Shown: one piece after another, positions 20,705 to 30,198 of the stretch
Numbering within the stretch: the stretch's first letter is position 1
Layout: the number at the start of each line of letters is the position of its first letter
IMG/VR virus record: IMGVR_UViG_3300021959_006017
Coordinates: 172,752-236,751 of that record
Reading direction: 5' to 3' (one strand)
Length of the DNA: 64,000 nucleotides
Program-made: the position numbers and the translations under genes
The notes under the pieces: generated by a model
Told to the model about the DNA's origin: nothing
Seen by the model: only the letters and a program-made list of their open reading frames with translations
Databases searched by the model: none

Positions 20705-21562
20705 ATGGCAAAAGAACATTTCAAATTTAATTTTGAACCTTGGATGGCTGAAGAGTTAATCCATCGTGACGATTGGGAAGACTGGTACGAAGCAATGTGC
20801 GAGATTCTTCCACTATGGGAAGTAGACACTATTGAACGTGTAGCAATGTTTGTTGCACAGTGTGGTCATGAAAGCGGCGGCTTCCGAGTACTAAGTGAAA
20901 ATCTTAACTATAGTGCAAAAGCTCTAAACACTATCTTCCCTAAGTACTTTAAAAGAGCAGGAAGGGATGCCAATGAGTATCACAGACAGCCTGAAAAAAT
21001 TGCGAACGTTATTTACGCAAATAGAATGGACAATGGCGACACCGATTCCGGTGACGGTTGGATGTTTAGAGGTGGCGGTATTCTACAACTTACCGGACGC
21101 TATAACTACACCAAGTTTGGCGAAGCAGTCGAAATGTCAGCAGAAGAAGCAGTCGACTACGTCAGAACGAAAAAAGGCGCACTAGATAGTGCTTGCTGGT
21201 TCTGGGATAGCAACAATATTAACCGTTGGTGCGATGATATGGATGTTGTTGGTGCAACAAAACGCATTAATGGTGGTACTATTGGTTTAGATGATCGTAA
21301 AAAGCATTACCTACATGCAATGGATGTACTAGGTGGCGATTATGAAGAGCCTGAAGAACAAGAACTTAATCTTAATCAAACTATACGCAAAGGCAGCAGA
21401 GGACCACTAGTTGCAGAAGTACAAGAAAAACTTGATATTTCTCCAGCAGACGGTATCTTTGGTCCAGGCACAGAGCGCATTGTAAAAGAATGGCAAAGTG
21501 CAAACGGATTAACAGCTGATGGCATAGTAGGACCCAAGACATTGGGAAAATTACTGGGGTAG
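20705..21562 (+). CDS. Endolysin: GH19 domain plus C-terminal peptidoglycan-binding domain
   Basis: AQCGHESGG, ENLNYS, FRGGGILQLTGRYNY, RINGG; DGIFGPGT/DGIVGPKT. Confidence 0.92.
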   Translation: MAKEHFKFNFEPWMAEELIHRDDWEDWYEAMCEILPLWEVDTIERVAMFVAQCGHESGGFRVLSENLNYSAKALNTIFPKYFKRAGRDANEYHRQPEKIANVIYANRMDNGDTDSGDGWMFRGGGILQLTGRYNYTKFGEAVEMSAEEAVDYVRTKKGALDSACWFWDSNNINRWCDDMDVVGATKRINGGTIGLDDRKKHYLHAMDVLGGDYEEPEEQELNLNQTIRKGSRGPLVAEVQEKLDISPADGIFGPGTERIVKEWQSANGLTADGIVGPKTLGKLLG

Positions 21563-21567
21563 GTGGT

Positions 21568-22065
21568 ATGGGTGCCAAGTTAGCAATCGTTTTTTTCTTT
21601 TTAATGACTGGAATGGCAGGCGCAGGGTATCTCTATTATCAAGATACTCAGGAGCGTATACAAATTCTTACGGAAAATAATGCTAAGTTGGAGACAGCCG
21701 TACAAACTAACGAAGAAGCTCTAGCAACACAACAGGCTTCATTTAAAGCAATGCAAGCAGAAAACAGTAGATTGCAAACTGAATTCCAAGCAATCAATGA
21801 TCGTAATAGAGCTTTAGAAAATAGATTGTCGCGACACGATATAGGTGCCGCGGCAGTAGCTAAACCAGGGCTAACAGAACGTGTACTAAACGGTGCAACT
21901 AGAAATGCACAACGTTGTTTAGAAATACTAAGTGGGGCAGACCTGACAGAAGCAGAACTGTCAGCAACAAAGCCAAGCGAGATAAATCCAGAGTGCTGGA
22001 GAGATGCAAATCCAAACTTTGATCCAAATATTCAATCAGATGCTTGGAAAAGGAAGAATCTATGA
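21568..22065 (+). CDS. Inner-membrane spanin (Rz-like)
   Basis: N-terminal TM helix plus long coiled coil; directly follows the endolysin. Confidence 0.7.
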   Translation: MGAKLAIVFFFLMTGMAGAGYLYYQDTQERIQILTENNAKLETAVQTNEEALATQQASFKAMQAENSRLQTEFQAINDRNRALENRLSRHDIGAAAVAKPGLTERVLNGATRNAQRCLEILSGADLTEAELSATKPSEINPECWRDANPNFDPNIQSDAWKRKNL

Positions 22066-22517
22066 AGACACTAGTTGTAGCATTGCTCGGACTTACACTG
22101 TTAGTTGGTTGTACTACACAACCTCAACGTATTGAAATAAGTGCAAAACCTATTGACAAACCTCAACTTATATTACCTCCGGTAGAACCGTTGAGACTAA
22201 AAGATGTTGAGTGGGTCATTATTACAGAAGAAAACGCACAAGAAGTTTTCGAACAATTACTAAAAGACAGAAAAGATCCTATGCTCATAGGACTTACAGA
22301 TGATGGGTATGAAATTCTATCACTTAATATGAGTGATATAATGAAACTGATTGCACAACAAAGGCAAATAATTGCTGCCTATCGCAACTACTACGAAGAA
22401 TCTGAGCAAGCACTTGATGATGCAAATGCAAATATAGAAGGTGCTCAAGCAGAAGTAGAAGCACAAAATAATAAACCAACTGAATCTATCCTCGGAAATC
22501 TTAATCCTTTCAAATAA
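22062..22517 (+). CDS. Outer-membrane lipoprotein spanin (Rz1-like)
   Basis: Signal peptide with lipobox LVGC, then a Pro-rich segment. Confidence 0.7.
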   Translation: MKTLVVALLGLTLLVGCTTQPQRIEISAKPIDKPQLILPPVEPLRLKDVEWVIITEENAQEVFEQLLKDRKDPMLIGLTDDGYEILSLNMSDIMKLIAQQRQIIAAYRNYYEESEQALDDANANIEGAQAEVEAQNNKPTESILGNLNPFK

Positions 22518-22544
22518 ATACATATAGTAAAACGGAGGGTTACT

Positions 22545-22841
22545 ATGTGGGAAATGATACAAGAGATGGCAGGAGACCGTCTTTGGATTTATACTAGTAT
22601 TGCTGGTTCGCTATTAGGCGCAGCATTTTTATTCTGGTTTAAAGACACAAGAATGGCAACATGGGGCGTAACTAAATTTGACGCAACACTAGAGTATCTA
22701 GCAATACGCTGGGGTTGGACTTGGTTACAAAATGATCCAAATGCATGGCGTGTAAAGTATCCCAAAATAACTTCCAAAATTGATGAGCTCGAAGCTCGAT
22801 TAGAAAAATTGGAGGCCAAAAATGCCAAGAAAAAAACTTGA
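22545..22841 (+). CDS. Small membrane protein, holin/antiholin candidate
   Basis: N-terminal TM helix; late octamer AATAAATA at 22513; lysis context. Confidence 0.5.
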   Translation: MWEMIQEMAGDRLWIYTSIAGSLLGAAFLFWFKDTRMATWGVTKFDATLEYLAIRWGWTWLQNDPNAWRVKYPKITSKIDELEARLEKLEAKNAKKKT

Positions 22842-23244
22842 AGATTTAGATACTAAACCAGCAGCGAAGCCAGCAGCGGCGCCAGCGCCAACAAGGACAG
22901 AACCTATGAAGTACGAAGAACAAAAATATGAAGCAGAAGTAGTTTCAAGTAGCGATTCAACAACACGTAAAGTAAAACTTGATCTAGAAGTAGATACAAG
23001 TGTTAAAGACTTAGGTCCAAATCCTTATGCTAAAATTATTCATCTAGCAAAAGCAGTAGATGCTTGGAGGATCTTCCCACGTTTGTTCTTAACAGTTTAT
23101 ATTATACTACTTTACAAAACTGTTATATGGTACATGGAACTTCCTGCACCAAGCATGGAACAAAGTGGATTAATTTCAGTTGTAGTAGGTGCGGGTGCAG
23201 CATGGTTTGGCTTGTACACCGGATCTAGCAAAAAGGACAAATAA
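22822..23244 (+). CDS. Two-TM membrane protein, holin candidate
   Basis: DAWRIFPR plus two TM helices and a basic C-terminus. Confidence 0.5.
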   Translation: MPRKKLEDLDTKPAAKPAAAPAPTRTEPMKYEEQKYEAEVVSSSDSTTRKVKLDLEVDTSVKDLGPNPYAKIIHLAKAVDAWRIFPRLFLTVYIILLYKTVIWYMELPAPSMEQSGLISVVVGAGAAWFGLYTGSSKKDK

Positions 23245-23259
23245 TCCGATAAGTACTGT

Positions 23260-24066
23260 ATGGACTTATATACAGTATTGGGCATCCCACGAACAGCATC
23301 TCCAGATGAAATAAAAAAGGCGTATAAGAAACAAGCCATGCGACACCATCCTGACAGAGGTGGTAATCCTGATGAGTTTCGTAAAGTGACTGAAGCATAT
23401 GACGTTCTAAGTAACAGTGATAAAAAGGCAGCATACGACAATCCACAACCAGGATTTAGTTTTAGATCACAGGACTTTGCACAAGGAAATCCTTTCGAAG
23501 GTACACCTTTTGAAAGTATATTTAGGCAAAGGCAAACACCTCGTAATAGAGATGTTCAAATGCCTGTTAATGTTACACTAAGAGATATTGTAACAGGGAA
23601 TCGAGTTGCTATAAACTACCAACTTAGTACAGGTAGAATCGAAACTGTAACTATTGATATTCCACCTGGTGCAAAACACGGTGATCAAATACGTTACGAA
23701 GGATTAGGCGATGAAGGCAATAAAAATTATCCTAGAGGAAACTTAATAGTTCAAATAAGAGTTCGAAAACATCGAGATTGGGCTAGAGATGGAGATAACT
23801 TAACTACAAAAAAATCTGTAAATTTGTTTGACTTTTTAACAGGAGGTGTTATAATAGTTAATACAATAGATGAAAAAAGTGTTAAACTTAACATACCACC
23901 AGGCACTAAACCAGGCACAACATTTAGTATATCAGGATATGGCATTCCTAATATTAACACAAGAAAACCTGGTAACTTATACGTCAAACTTGAAGCAGAA
24001 ATGCCAAAGATAAAAGATGCAAAGTTACTTGAAGAAATAGAAGATTTAAAAAGGAAAATAGGGTAA
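23260..24066 (+). CDS. dnaJ: DnaJ-class co-chaperone (CbpA-like, no Zn finger)
   Basis: J-domain with HPD; C-terminal substrate-binding domain. Confidence 0.9.
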   Translation: MDLYTVLGIPRTASPDEIKKAYKKQAMRHHPDRGGNPDEFRKVTEAYDVLSNSDKKAAYDNPQPGFSFRSQDFAQGNPFEGTPFESIFRQRQTPRNRDVQMPVNVTLRDIVTGNRVAINYQLSTGRIETVTIDIPPGAKHGDQIRYEGLGDEGNKNYPRGNLIVQIRVRKHRDWARDGDNLTTKKSVNLFDFLTGGVIIVNTIDEKSVKLNIPPGTKPGTTFSISGYGIPNINTRKPGNLYVKLEAEMPKIKDAKLLEEIEDLKRKIG

Positions 24067-24070
24067 AATA

Positions 24071-26320
24071 ATGGTAGAACCATCAAAGGATTTACAACTG
24101 GTTTTTGACAAAGCTATCAAAGATGCACAGAAGTTGCGTCACGAATATGTTACACTTGAACATATGATGTTTGCTATGATGTGTGAAGATAACTTTGTTA
24201 AGTTATTAGAAATGTATGGTGCAGATATTGATTATATCAAAGCCAACCTCGAACATCATTTAAAAACAAACAGCGATGATATTATTCTCCCCGAGGATAT
24301 TAAAAAATACAAGCCAAAGAAAACACAGGGTGTAGAACGTGCTTTGAATAGAGCATTTACACAGGTTCTTTTTGCAGGGCGTAGCCATATTGAGTTAAAA
24401 GATCTTTTGCTTAGTATTCTACATGAGAAGAAAAGTATTAGTGCTTACATCTTAGAAAAAGGTGGCGTTGGAAAAGATAAATTCAGTGACTTTGTAAACA
24501 ACGAAGTAGATGAAACACTACTGGAAGATCCTGAACTAACTAACGAAATGCGTAGAGCTATTAAGAGCTTTACAACTAACTTAAACGATCAAGTAAAACG
24601 TGGCAAGGTTGATCCTATTATTGGACGGGCTGACGAACTAGAAAGCCTTTGTTTGGCATTAGGTCGTCGAAGCAAAAATAATGTGCTAATGGTAGGTGAT
24701 CCGGGTGTTGGTAAAACTGCTATTGCAGAAGGACTTGCGTTTAATATCGAACAAGGTAATGTTCCAAGTTTCCTCAAAGAGTATAAAGTCTACAATCTAG
24801 ACATTGGTGCTATGCTTGCTGGTTCAAAATACCGCGGTGACTTTGAAGAACGTTTTAAACTTGTACTAAACGGACTTATCCGTGAAGGCAAGACTATTAT
24901 GTTTATCGACGAAGCACATATGATGAATGGTGCAGGTGCAGGCGGCAGTGGCAACTCAAACGATCTTGCTAATATGCTCAAGCCGGCACTAGCAAAAGGT
25001 GATCTAAAAGTTGTTGCTTCGACTACTTGGGAAGAGTTCCGCAAGTACTTTGAAAAAGATCGTGCGCTGATGCGTCGATTCCAGCGTGTAACTATTGGGG
25101 AACCTTCAAAAGAAACAACATCAGACATTCTAAGAGGTTTACGCAAGTACTATGAAGACTACCATGGAACAACTATTACTGATGACGCTATTGATGCGGC
25201 TATTAAACTAAGCGTTAAGTACCAAAGCGATAAGAAACTGCCAGACAAGGCTATTGACTTGATCGATGTTGCTTGTGCTAGATTTAAAGTTAACGATGAC
25301 GAAAACGAAGAAAAAACTGTAACTGAAGATAGTATCTTTTTTGAGCTTTCAAAAATGCTAAACTTGCCTACAGAACAAGTAGCACAGCGTGAATCAGAAA
25401 ACCTACAACATCTTGAAGACAATCTCAAGAAAGTTGTGTATGGACAAGACGATGCTATTGAAAGTATTGTTGATAAGATTCTTGTTAGCCAAGCAGGACT
25501 TAAACCAGATGATAAACCAGTAGGTGCATTTGTGTTTATGGGTCCAACAGGCACAGGTAAAACTGAAACTGCTAAACAGCTTGCAAATCAACTGGGTGTT
25601 AAACTTGTACGATTTGATATGAGTGAATACATGGAGAAACATAGTGTTGCAAAACTTATTGGCTCACCTCCAGGTTATGTAGGACACGAAGAAAACGCAG
25701 GTCAGTTGATTACTAAACTACAAGAGTCTCCTAACTGTGTACTCCTATTGGATGAGATCGAAAAAGCACACCCTGATGTTGCGCAGATTCTACTACAGAT
25801 TATGGACAACGGCTTGGTTACAGGCTCAAACGGTAAGGAAGCAGATGCACGTAACTGTACACTTATCCTTACAACTAACCTAGGTGCAGCACAAGCTGAA
25901 AAAGGTAGCATTGGTTTTGGTGATGACGAAGACTTTGGTTACGAAGATACAGAGTTTAAAAAGTATTTTGCTCCAGAGTTCCGCAATAGACTTGACGGTG
26001 TTATTACGTTTGCTAAACTTGGCAAAGAAGTAATGATGAAGATTGTTGGCAAGTTCCTTGTTGAACTTAAAGATATGGTCAAAGACAAAGGTATTGCTAT
26101 CGAAGTAACAGATGACGCACTTGACTATTTGGTAGACAAAGGTTTTGATCCTAAAAACGGTGCTCGTCCGCTACAACGTGTGATTGACAAAGACATTAAA
26201 CGTCCTCTTTCAAGACAGATGTTATTTGGTGATCTAAAAAATGGTGGCAAAGTAACAATCGATGTTAAAGATGACGAAGTAGTTCTTTCTGTAGAGGAAC
26301 TTGCAGTTGAAATATTATAA
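24071..26320 (+). CDS. clpA: ClpA AAA+ unfoldase
   Basis: Clp N domain; two AAA modules (GDPGVGKT, GPTGTGKT); IGF loop; no ClpB middle domain. Confidence 0.92.
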   Translation: MVEPSKDLQLVFDKAIKDAQKLRHEYVTLEHMMFAMMCEDNFVKLLEMYGADIDYIKANLEHHLKTNSDDIILPEDIKKYKPKKTQGVERALNRAFTQVLFAGRSHIELKDLLLSILHEKKSISAYILEKGGVGKDKFSDFVNNEVDETLLEDPELTNEMRRAIKSFTTNLNDQVKRGKVDPIIGRADELESLCLALGRRSKNNVLMVGDPGVGKTAIAEGLAFNIEQGNVPSFLKEYKVYNLDIGAMLAGSKYRGDFEERFKLVLNGLIREGKTIMFIDEAHMMNGAGAGGSGNSNDLANMLKPALAKGDLKVVASTTWEEFRKYFEKDRALMRRFQRVTIGEPSKETTSDILRGLRKYYEDYHGTTITDDAIDAAIKLSVKYQSDKKLPDKAIDLIDVACARFKVNDDENEEKTVTEDSIFFELSKMLNLPTEQVAQRESENLQHLEDNLKKVVYGQDDAIESIVDKILVSQAGLKPDDKPVGAFVFMGPTGTGKTETAKQLANQLGVKLVRFDMSEYMEKHSVAKLIGSPPGYVGHEENAGQLITKLQESPNCVLLLDEIEKAHPDVAQILLQIMDNGLVTGSNGKEADARNCTLILTTNLGAAQAEKGSIGFGDDEDFGYEDTEFKKYFAPEFRNRLDGVITFAKLGKEVMMKIVGKFLVELKDMVKDKGIAIEVTDDALDYLVDKGFDPKNGARPLQRVIDKDIKRPLSRQMLFGDLKNGGKVTIDVKDDEVVLSVEELAVEIL

Positions 26321-27005
26321 AACACAAAAACTTTTCTACGGCAAGTACTTGTATAAGGTTTACTTTTACAACGAACTAAATGGCTTCTTTAGAACAGAGT
26401 TCCAGAAAAAAGGAACTCTGAGCTATGCTAGAGAAAAAATAGATCAACTTACAGAATACTATAGACAGGGAATGCCTATGCAAACACCTATCTATAGAAC
26501 ATTTAAACATATTGATGAAGAAACTTATTTAGATGCACGGTTTTTATACGCTACGCTAATACGAAGCAAAGAAGAATACCGTGTTAGAGTTGAAAGTTGC
26601 AACAGAATAAGTATTTTTTCAAACGATGAAAAGTTCATTGACAAGACCGCCAACGGTGTAAGGACTCGATTAGTAGAAGTTCATAAACCTGATGATGTTG
26701 TTAAAGATGAAATACTTGCAAATAAAAACATTATTGTATCACCTAACCCAGTATATTGGCCTATTAAAGTAACACTAGGTAAAAACCGTAGAGATTACAG
26801 TGGTTTGGCTAACTGGATTGAAGCAAATCCAGACAAAGTAAAAATAGGCGAAGTTGCATTAAAATCGTTAAAATCACATGGCTTTGTAAGTGGCTACTAT
26901 TTGTTTGTAAAAACTGACAAAATATTAAATCTTATCAATATAATGATAGGCGATAATATACGCCGTATAGATCAGATTGTTTATAAAGCAGATTTAGATA
27001 AATAG
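26301..27005 (+). CDS. Hypothetical protein
   Basis: 234-aa ORF; start uncertain. Confidence 0.6.
   Translation: MQLKYYKTQKLFYGKYLYKVYFYNELNGFFRTEFQKKGTLSYAREKIDQLTEYYRQGMPMQTPIYRTFKHIDEETYLDARFLYATLIRSKEEYRVRVESCNRISIFSNDEKFIDKTANGVRTRLVEVHKPDDVVKDEILANKNIIVSPNPVYWPIKVTLGKNRRDYSGLANWIEANPDKVKIGEVALKSLKSHGFVSGYYLFVKTDKILNLINIMIGDNIRRIDQIVYKADLDK
26997..27004 (+). promoter_or_regulatory. Late-type promoter GATAAATA, 5 nt before ATG
   Basis: GATAAATA-GTTAT-ATG; heads the 27-35 kb cluster. Confidence 0.6.
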
Positions 27006-27009
27006 TTAT

Positions 27010-27378
27010 ATGCCGAGTAATAGTGAAACAATATTAACACAAAACGTACATCCAGGAGATAGTCAAACAGAAACTATCACAGGAGATGCAGCCAAGGGCG
27101 ATGGATATTATGGACGTTCCGACGGGTTCCATACAGTTCAGTATGATCTAGATAACTTTCTAGGAACTGTTATTGTCCAAGGCACATTGGCAACTACCCC
27201 TACAGCAGATGATTGGTTTGATATAACTGATACCGAACACGTAAGCACATCAAATGACAGTTCAAGTTCAACTAGTGATGGTGGATTTGTTTACAACTTT
27301 ACCGGTAACTACGTATGGGTAAGGGTATATGTTGAGTATACAGACGGCGCAGTAAACTCAGTAAAGCTAAATCACTAA
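27010..27378 (+). CDS. Hypothetical beta-rich (virion?) protein
   Basis: GDGYYGRSDGFHTVQY...NFTGNYVWVR. Confidence 0.6.
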   Translation: MPSNSETILTQNVHPGDSQTETITGDAAKGDGYYGRSDGFHTVQYDLDNFLGTVIVQGTLATTPTADDWFDITDTEHVSTSNDSSSSTSDGGFVYNFTGNYVWVRVYVEYTDGAVNSVKLNH

Positions 27379-27387
27379 GGACACATA

Positions 27388-27957
27388 ATGGAACACTTTG
27401 TAAACATAGTAATGGAAAAGAATGATAACCTAACTGAAAGCCTAGATGAAAGTATCTTTCCAGGCAATATTGTTACAGAATCAGAACAAGGTGCTACTGT
27501 TATTCAAATACCTTTGCCTCGTCATCTAAGCGAACAAGAATCAGATGAATATGCTAACAGACTAGCAAACTATATGTTTGAAAATGGCTATGACGATTTT
27601 GACATTGAAATAAGTTCAGATGAAGAACTTGATGAAATAGAAGAAACATATGACAGTGATGAGTTTTTTGAAAACTATGGTGTTATGTGGTTCAACGAAG
27701 ATGATGAAATGGACGAGGCAGAATATCAAGGACGTAAAGTTAAGCTAGGCAAGCCAATGCGTGGCGATGTTAAAAAGTTTAAAGTATACGTTAAGGATCC
27801 AAAGACTAAGAACGTTAAAAAAGTAAACTTTGGCGATCCTGACATGAAGATTAAAAAATCAAATCCGGCACGTAGACGTTCATTCCGTGCTAGACACAAC
27901 TGTGATAACCCAGGTCCACGTACTAAGGCACGTTACTGGTCATGTAGGAAATGGTAA
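27388..27957 (+). CDS. Acidic leader plus basic C-terminal module (putative internal head protein)
   Basis: Acidic half ends MDE|AEYQGRKVKL...RRSFRARHNC...YWSCRKW. Confidence 0.65.
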   Translation: MEHFVNIVMEKNDNLTESLDESIFPGNIVTESEQGATVIQIPLPRHLSEQESDEYANRLANYMFENGYDDFDIEISSDEELDEIEETYDSDEFFENYGVMWFNEDDEMDEAEYQGRKVKLGKPMRGDVKKFKVYVKDPKTKNVKKVNFGDPDMKIKKSNPARRRSFRARHNCDNPGPRTKARYWSCRKW

Positions 27958-27958
27958 T

Positions 27959-28285
27959 ATGCGTATTGACGAGTTTGCACCACGAGTAGATAATAGCTTA
28001 CCCTATGATGTAGTAGACGATGTAAAATCATATATGATAAACGATAAGGATTTTTATCGTAGATCTCTATATCCAGCAATGTGTAAGTTACAAGATCAAA
28101 TGAAAAGTGGAAAAATGTCACCACTTACACTTGCTCCTGTAATAGATAAAGCATGTGCAGGATATTGTTCAAAGTTTAATATTCCAAAAGAACCTAAAGA
28201 CCTGTTGGATAAGTCAGAAAAAGTAGAACTTATGCAGCGTCTTATAGCAGATGAAAGAGAGAACTTAGAAAAAGGAGAGTTTTGA
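27959..28285 (+). CDS. Hypothetical protein (MRIDEF start)
   Basis: Start reassigned to ATG 27959 after the upstream stop. Confidence 0.6.
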   Translation: MRIDEFAPRVDNSLPYDVVDDVKSYMINDKDFYRRSLYPAMCKLQDQMKSGKMSPLTLAPVIDKACAGYCSKFNIPKEPKDLLDKSEKVELMQRLIADERENLEKGEF

Positions 28286-29271
28286 TGCTCCTTAGACAAC
28301 TCTTCGAAGAAAAAGCTCGTAAAGTAGTAGCAGTTATGCCAGGTGGGTTTCATCCATTTCATCCTGGACATAAAAGTTTATATGATTGGGCAGTCAAAAC
28401 ATTCGGACAAAGCAATGTTTACGTGGCAGCAACTAATGACACTGCTACAAGACCTTTCCCATTTGAAGTTAAGAAGAAACTAGCAGCAATGGCTGGTGTT
28501 CCTGAAAGCAACTTTATGCAAGTTAAATCCCCATTTAATAATAGAGAGTATGCCGGCCTTGTAGATGCAGACACTGCCTTAGTATTTGTACGCAGTCAAA
28601 AAGATAAATCAGAACAACCTTTGCCAGATCAAACTAAGAAGAATGGCGAGCCAGGTTACTTGCGTACTTACACAGGCAAAGACCTAAACACTTCAGATGA
28701 AATGGGCTATATGGCATACGGTCCTACTATTAACTTTGACTTTAGTGGTATGCAGATAAAGAGTGCAAGTGAACTTAGAGCCACTTGGCCTGAAATGTCA
28801 GATGATGATAAACTAAAGGCTGCACAACTAATGTACGGAAATGGTGCAGAAGCAGCAGTACAACTTCTAAACAAAGCATTAGGCGATACAGAAGCACCAG
28901 TAGGCGAAAGTGAAGTAGTACTAGACAAAACTAGTTTACGTGGATATATTCGTGATATGATTATAGATCATATTAACCAAGTCGACGATATTAAAAAACT
29001 GTCAGAAATATTATACAATCTAGTAGGCAAGCAAGTTAAGCACCGCGGACAAAGATTTACTGTTACTGATGAAGATATTACAGAAATACTAGGCTTTGCT
29101 ACTAAACGTCCTAAGCAAGCAACAAAAACAGTAAAGCGTAGACCGCCTGAAGAAGATAGTGTACAAGATAAGTTAGCCAAGCGTAGAAAACTAGCAAGTA
29201 GAGTAGGCGTAGATAAAGCATTTACAAGCAAAAGTGTTGATAAAGATTTAAACAAATATTTTGGAAAGTAA
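28285..29271 (+). CDS. HxGH nucleotidyltransferase domain plus C-terminal modules
   Basis: MLLRQLFEE leader; PGGFHPFHPGH and SASELR motifs. Confidence 0.75.
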   Translation: MLLRQLFEEKARKVVAVMPGGFHPFHPGHKSLYDWAVKTFGQSNVYVAATNDTATRPFPFEVKKKLAAMAGVPESNFMQVKSPFNNREYAGLVDADTALVFVRSQKDKSEQPLPDQTKKNGEPGYLRTYTGKDLNTSDEMGYMAYGPTINFDFSGMQIKSASELRATWPEMSDDDKLKAAQLMYGNGAEAAVQLLNKALGDTEAPVGESEVVLDKTSLRGYIRDMIIDHINQVDDIKKLSEILYNLVGKQVKHRGQRFTVTDEDITEILGFATKRPKQATKTVKRRPPEEDSVQDKLAKRRKLASRVGVDKAFTSKSVDKDLNKYFGK

Positions 29272-29272
29272 A

Positions 29273-29494
29273 ATGGATGAGCTAGAATATATTAAAAAAC
29301 TAGCTGGTGTAAATGAGTTTAAAGGTTACACAGAATATCAAATAGACGAAAACCCTAGCATTACTGCCACAGCAATCAAACAAAAAGAACGAGAAATGGG
29401 AGTTAAGCCAGGCGATCAAGAATGGTTTAAACTTTGGTTCTCTAAACCTTATATGACCGGTGTTCCAAATTTTAGAGGACGCAAGAAAAAATGA
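29273..29494 (+). CDS. Hypothetical protein (KKLAGV motif)
   Basis: MDELEYIKKLAGVNE...PGDQEWFKLWFS. Confidence 0.6.
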   Translation: MDELEYIKKLAGVNEFKGYTEYQIDENPSITATAIKQKEREMGVKPGDQEWFKLWFSKPYMTGVPNFRGRKKK

Positions 29495-30198
29495 AAATAA
29501 CTGACTTGCTGGAAGATGGACGTATTGTTAAAGGTGTTAATACTACAGTTGATGTAGGTGTTAATCAGATTCCTATCGAAGCAAATAAGTTTGGCAACAA
29601 AGTAGACAAAGACGGGCGGCCGCCCACCCTAAGCAAAAAAGTCAAAGGCTCTAGTACAAATGTACTGTTTAATCTAGGACTTGCAGAAGGCTACAAACTA
29701 CAACTAGAGCGTGACAAGCAAATGCTTGTTCTAAATATTAAGAATACAAAAACAGGTCAACGCACAGAAGTCCGTGGTAAACCGGGTTACGAAAGTGGTA
29801 ACTACGATCCAACTGACGATTTACATCAACTATTAGACACACTAGGTAAAAGTGTTGATATTTCACAACTGATGAATGGAGAACCTGTAGGTATACGTCC
29901 TGATCATCCCGATGGAAAGAAAGCAAAAGCAGCTACTCACAGAGCATTTAGTAAAATGGAACTTGCATACATGGAGGGTGGACATAGTCTAGATGATTTA
30001 GACAAGCCTACTCCTAGTGTTGCAGACATCGCTAAAATGCACGATGTTAGTGTAAGTCATATTGTACGTCAACTTGAAAAAGGCATTGAAGCAGAATACG
30101 AACACACATCAGACTTTGATCTTGCAAAAGAAATAGCACTTGATCATCTAGCAGAAGATCCTGACTACTACTTTAAACTTGGGATATTAGAGCTATGA
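29491..30198 (+). CDS. Modular putative internal head protein
   Basis: MKITDLLE leader; C-terminal module GIEAEYEHT...IALDHLAEDPDYY. Confidence 0.65.
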   Translation: MKITDLLEDGRIVKGVNTTVDVGVNQIPIEANKFGNKVDKDGRPPTLSKKVKGSSTNVLFNLGLAEGYKLQLERDKQMLVLNIKNTKTGQRTEVRGKPGYESGNYDPTDDLHQLLDTLGKSVDISQLMNGEPVGIRPDHPDGKKAKAATHRAFSKMELAYMEGGHSLDDLDKPTPSVADIAKMHDVSVSHIVRQLEKGIEAEYEHTSDFDLAKEIALDHLAEDPDYYFKLGILEL

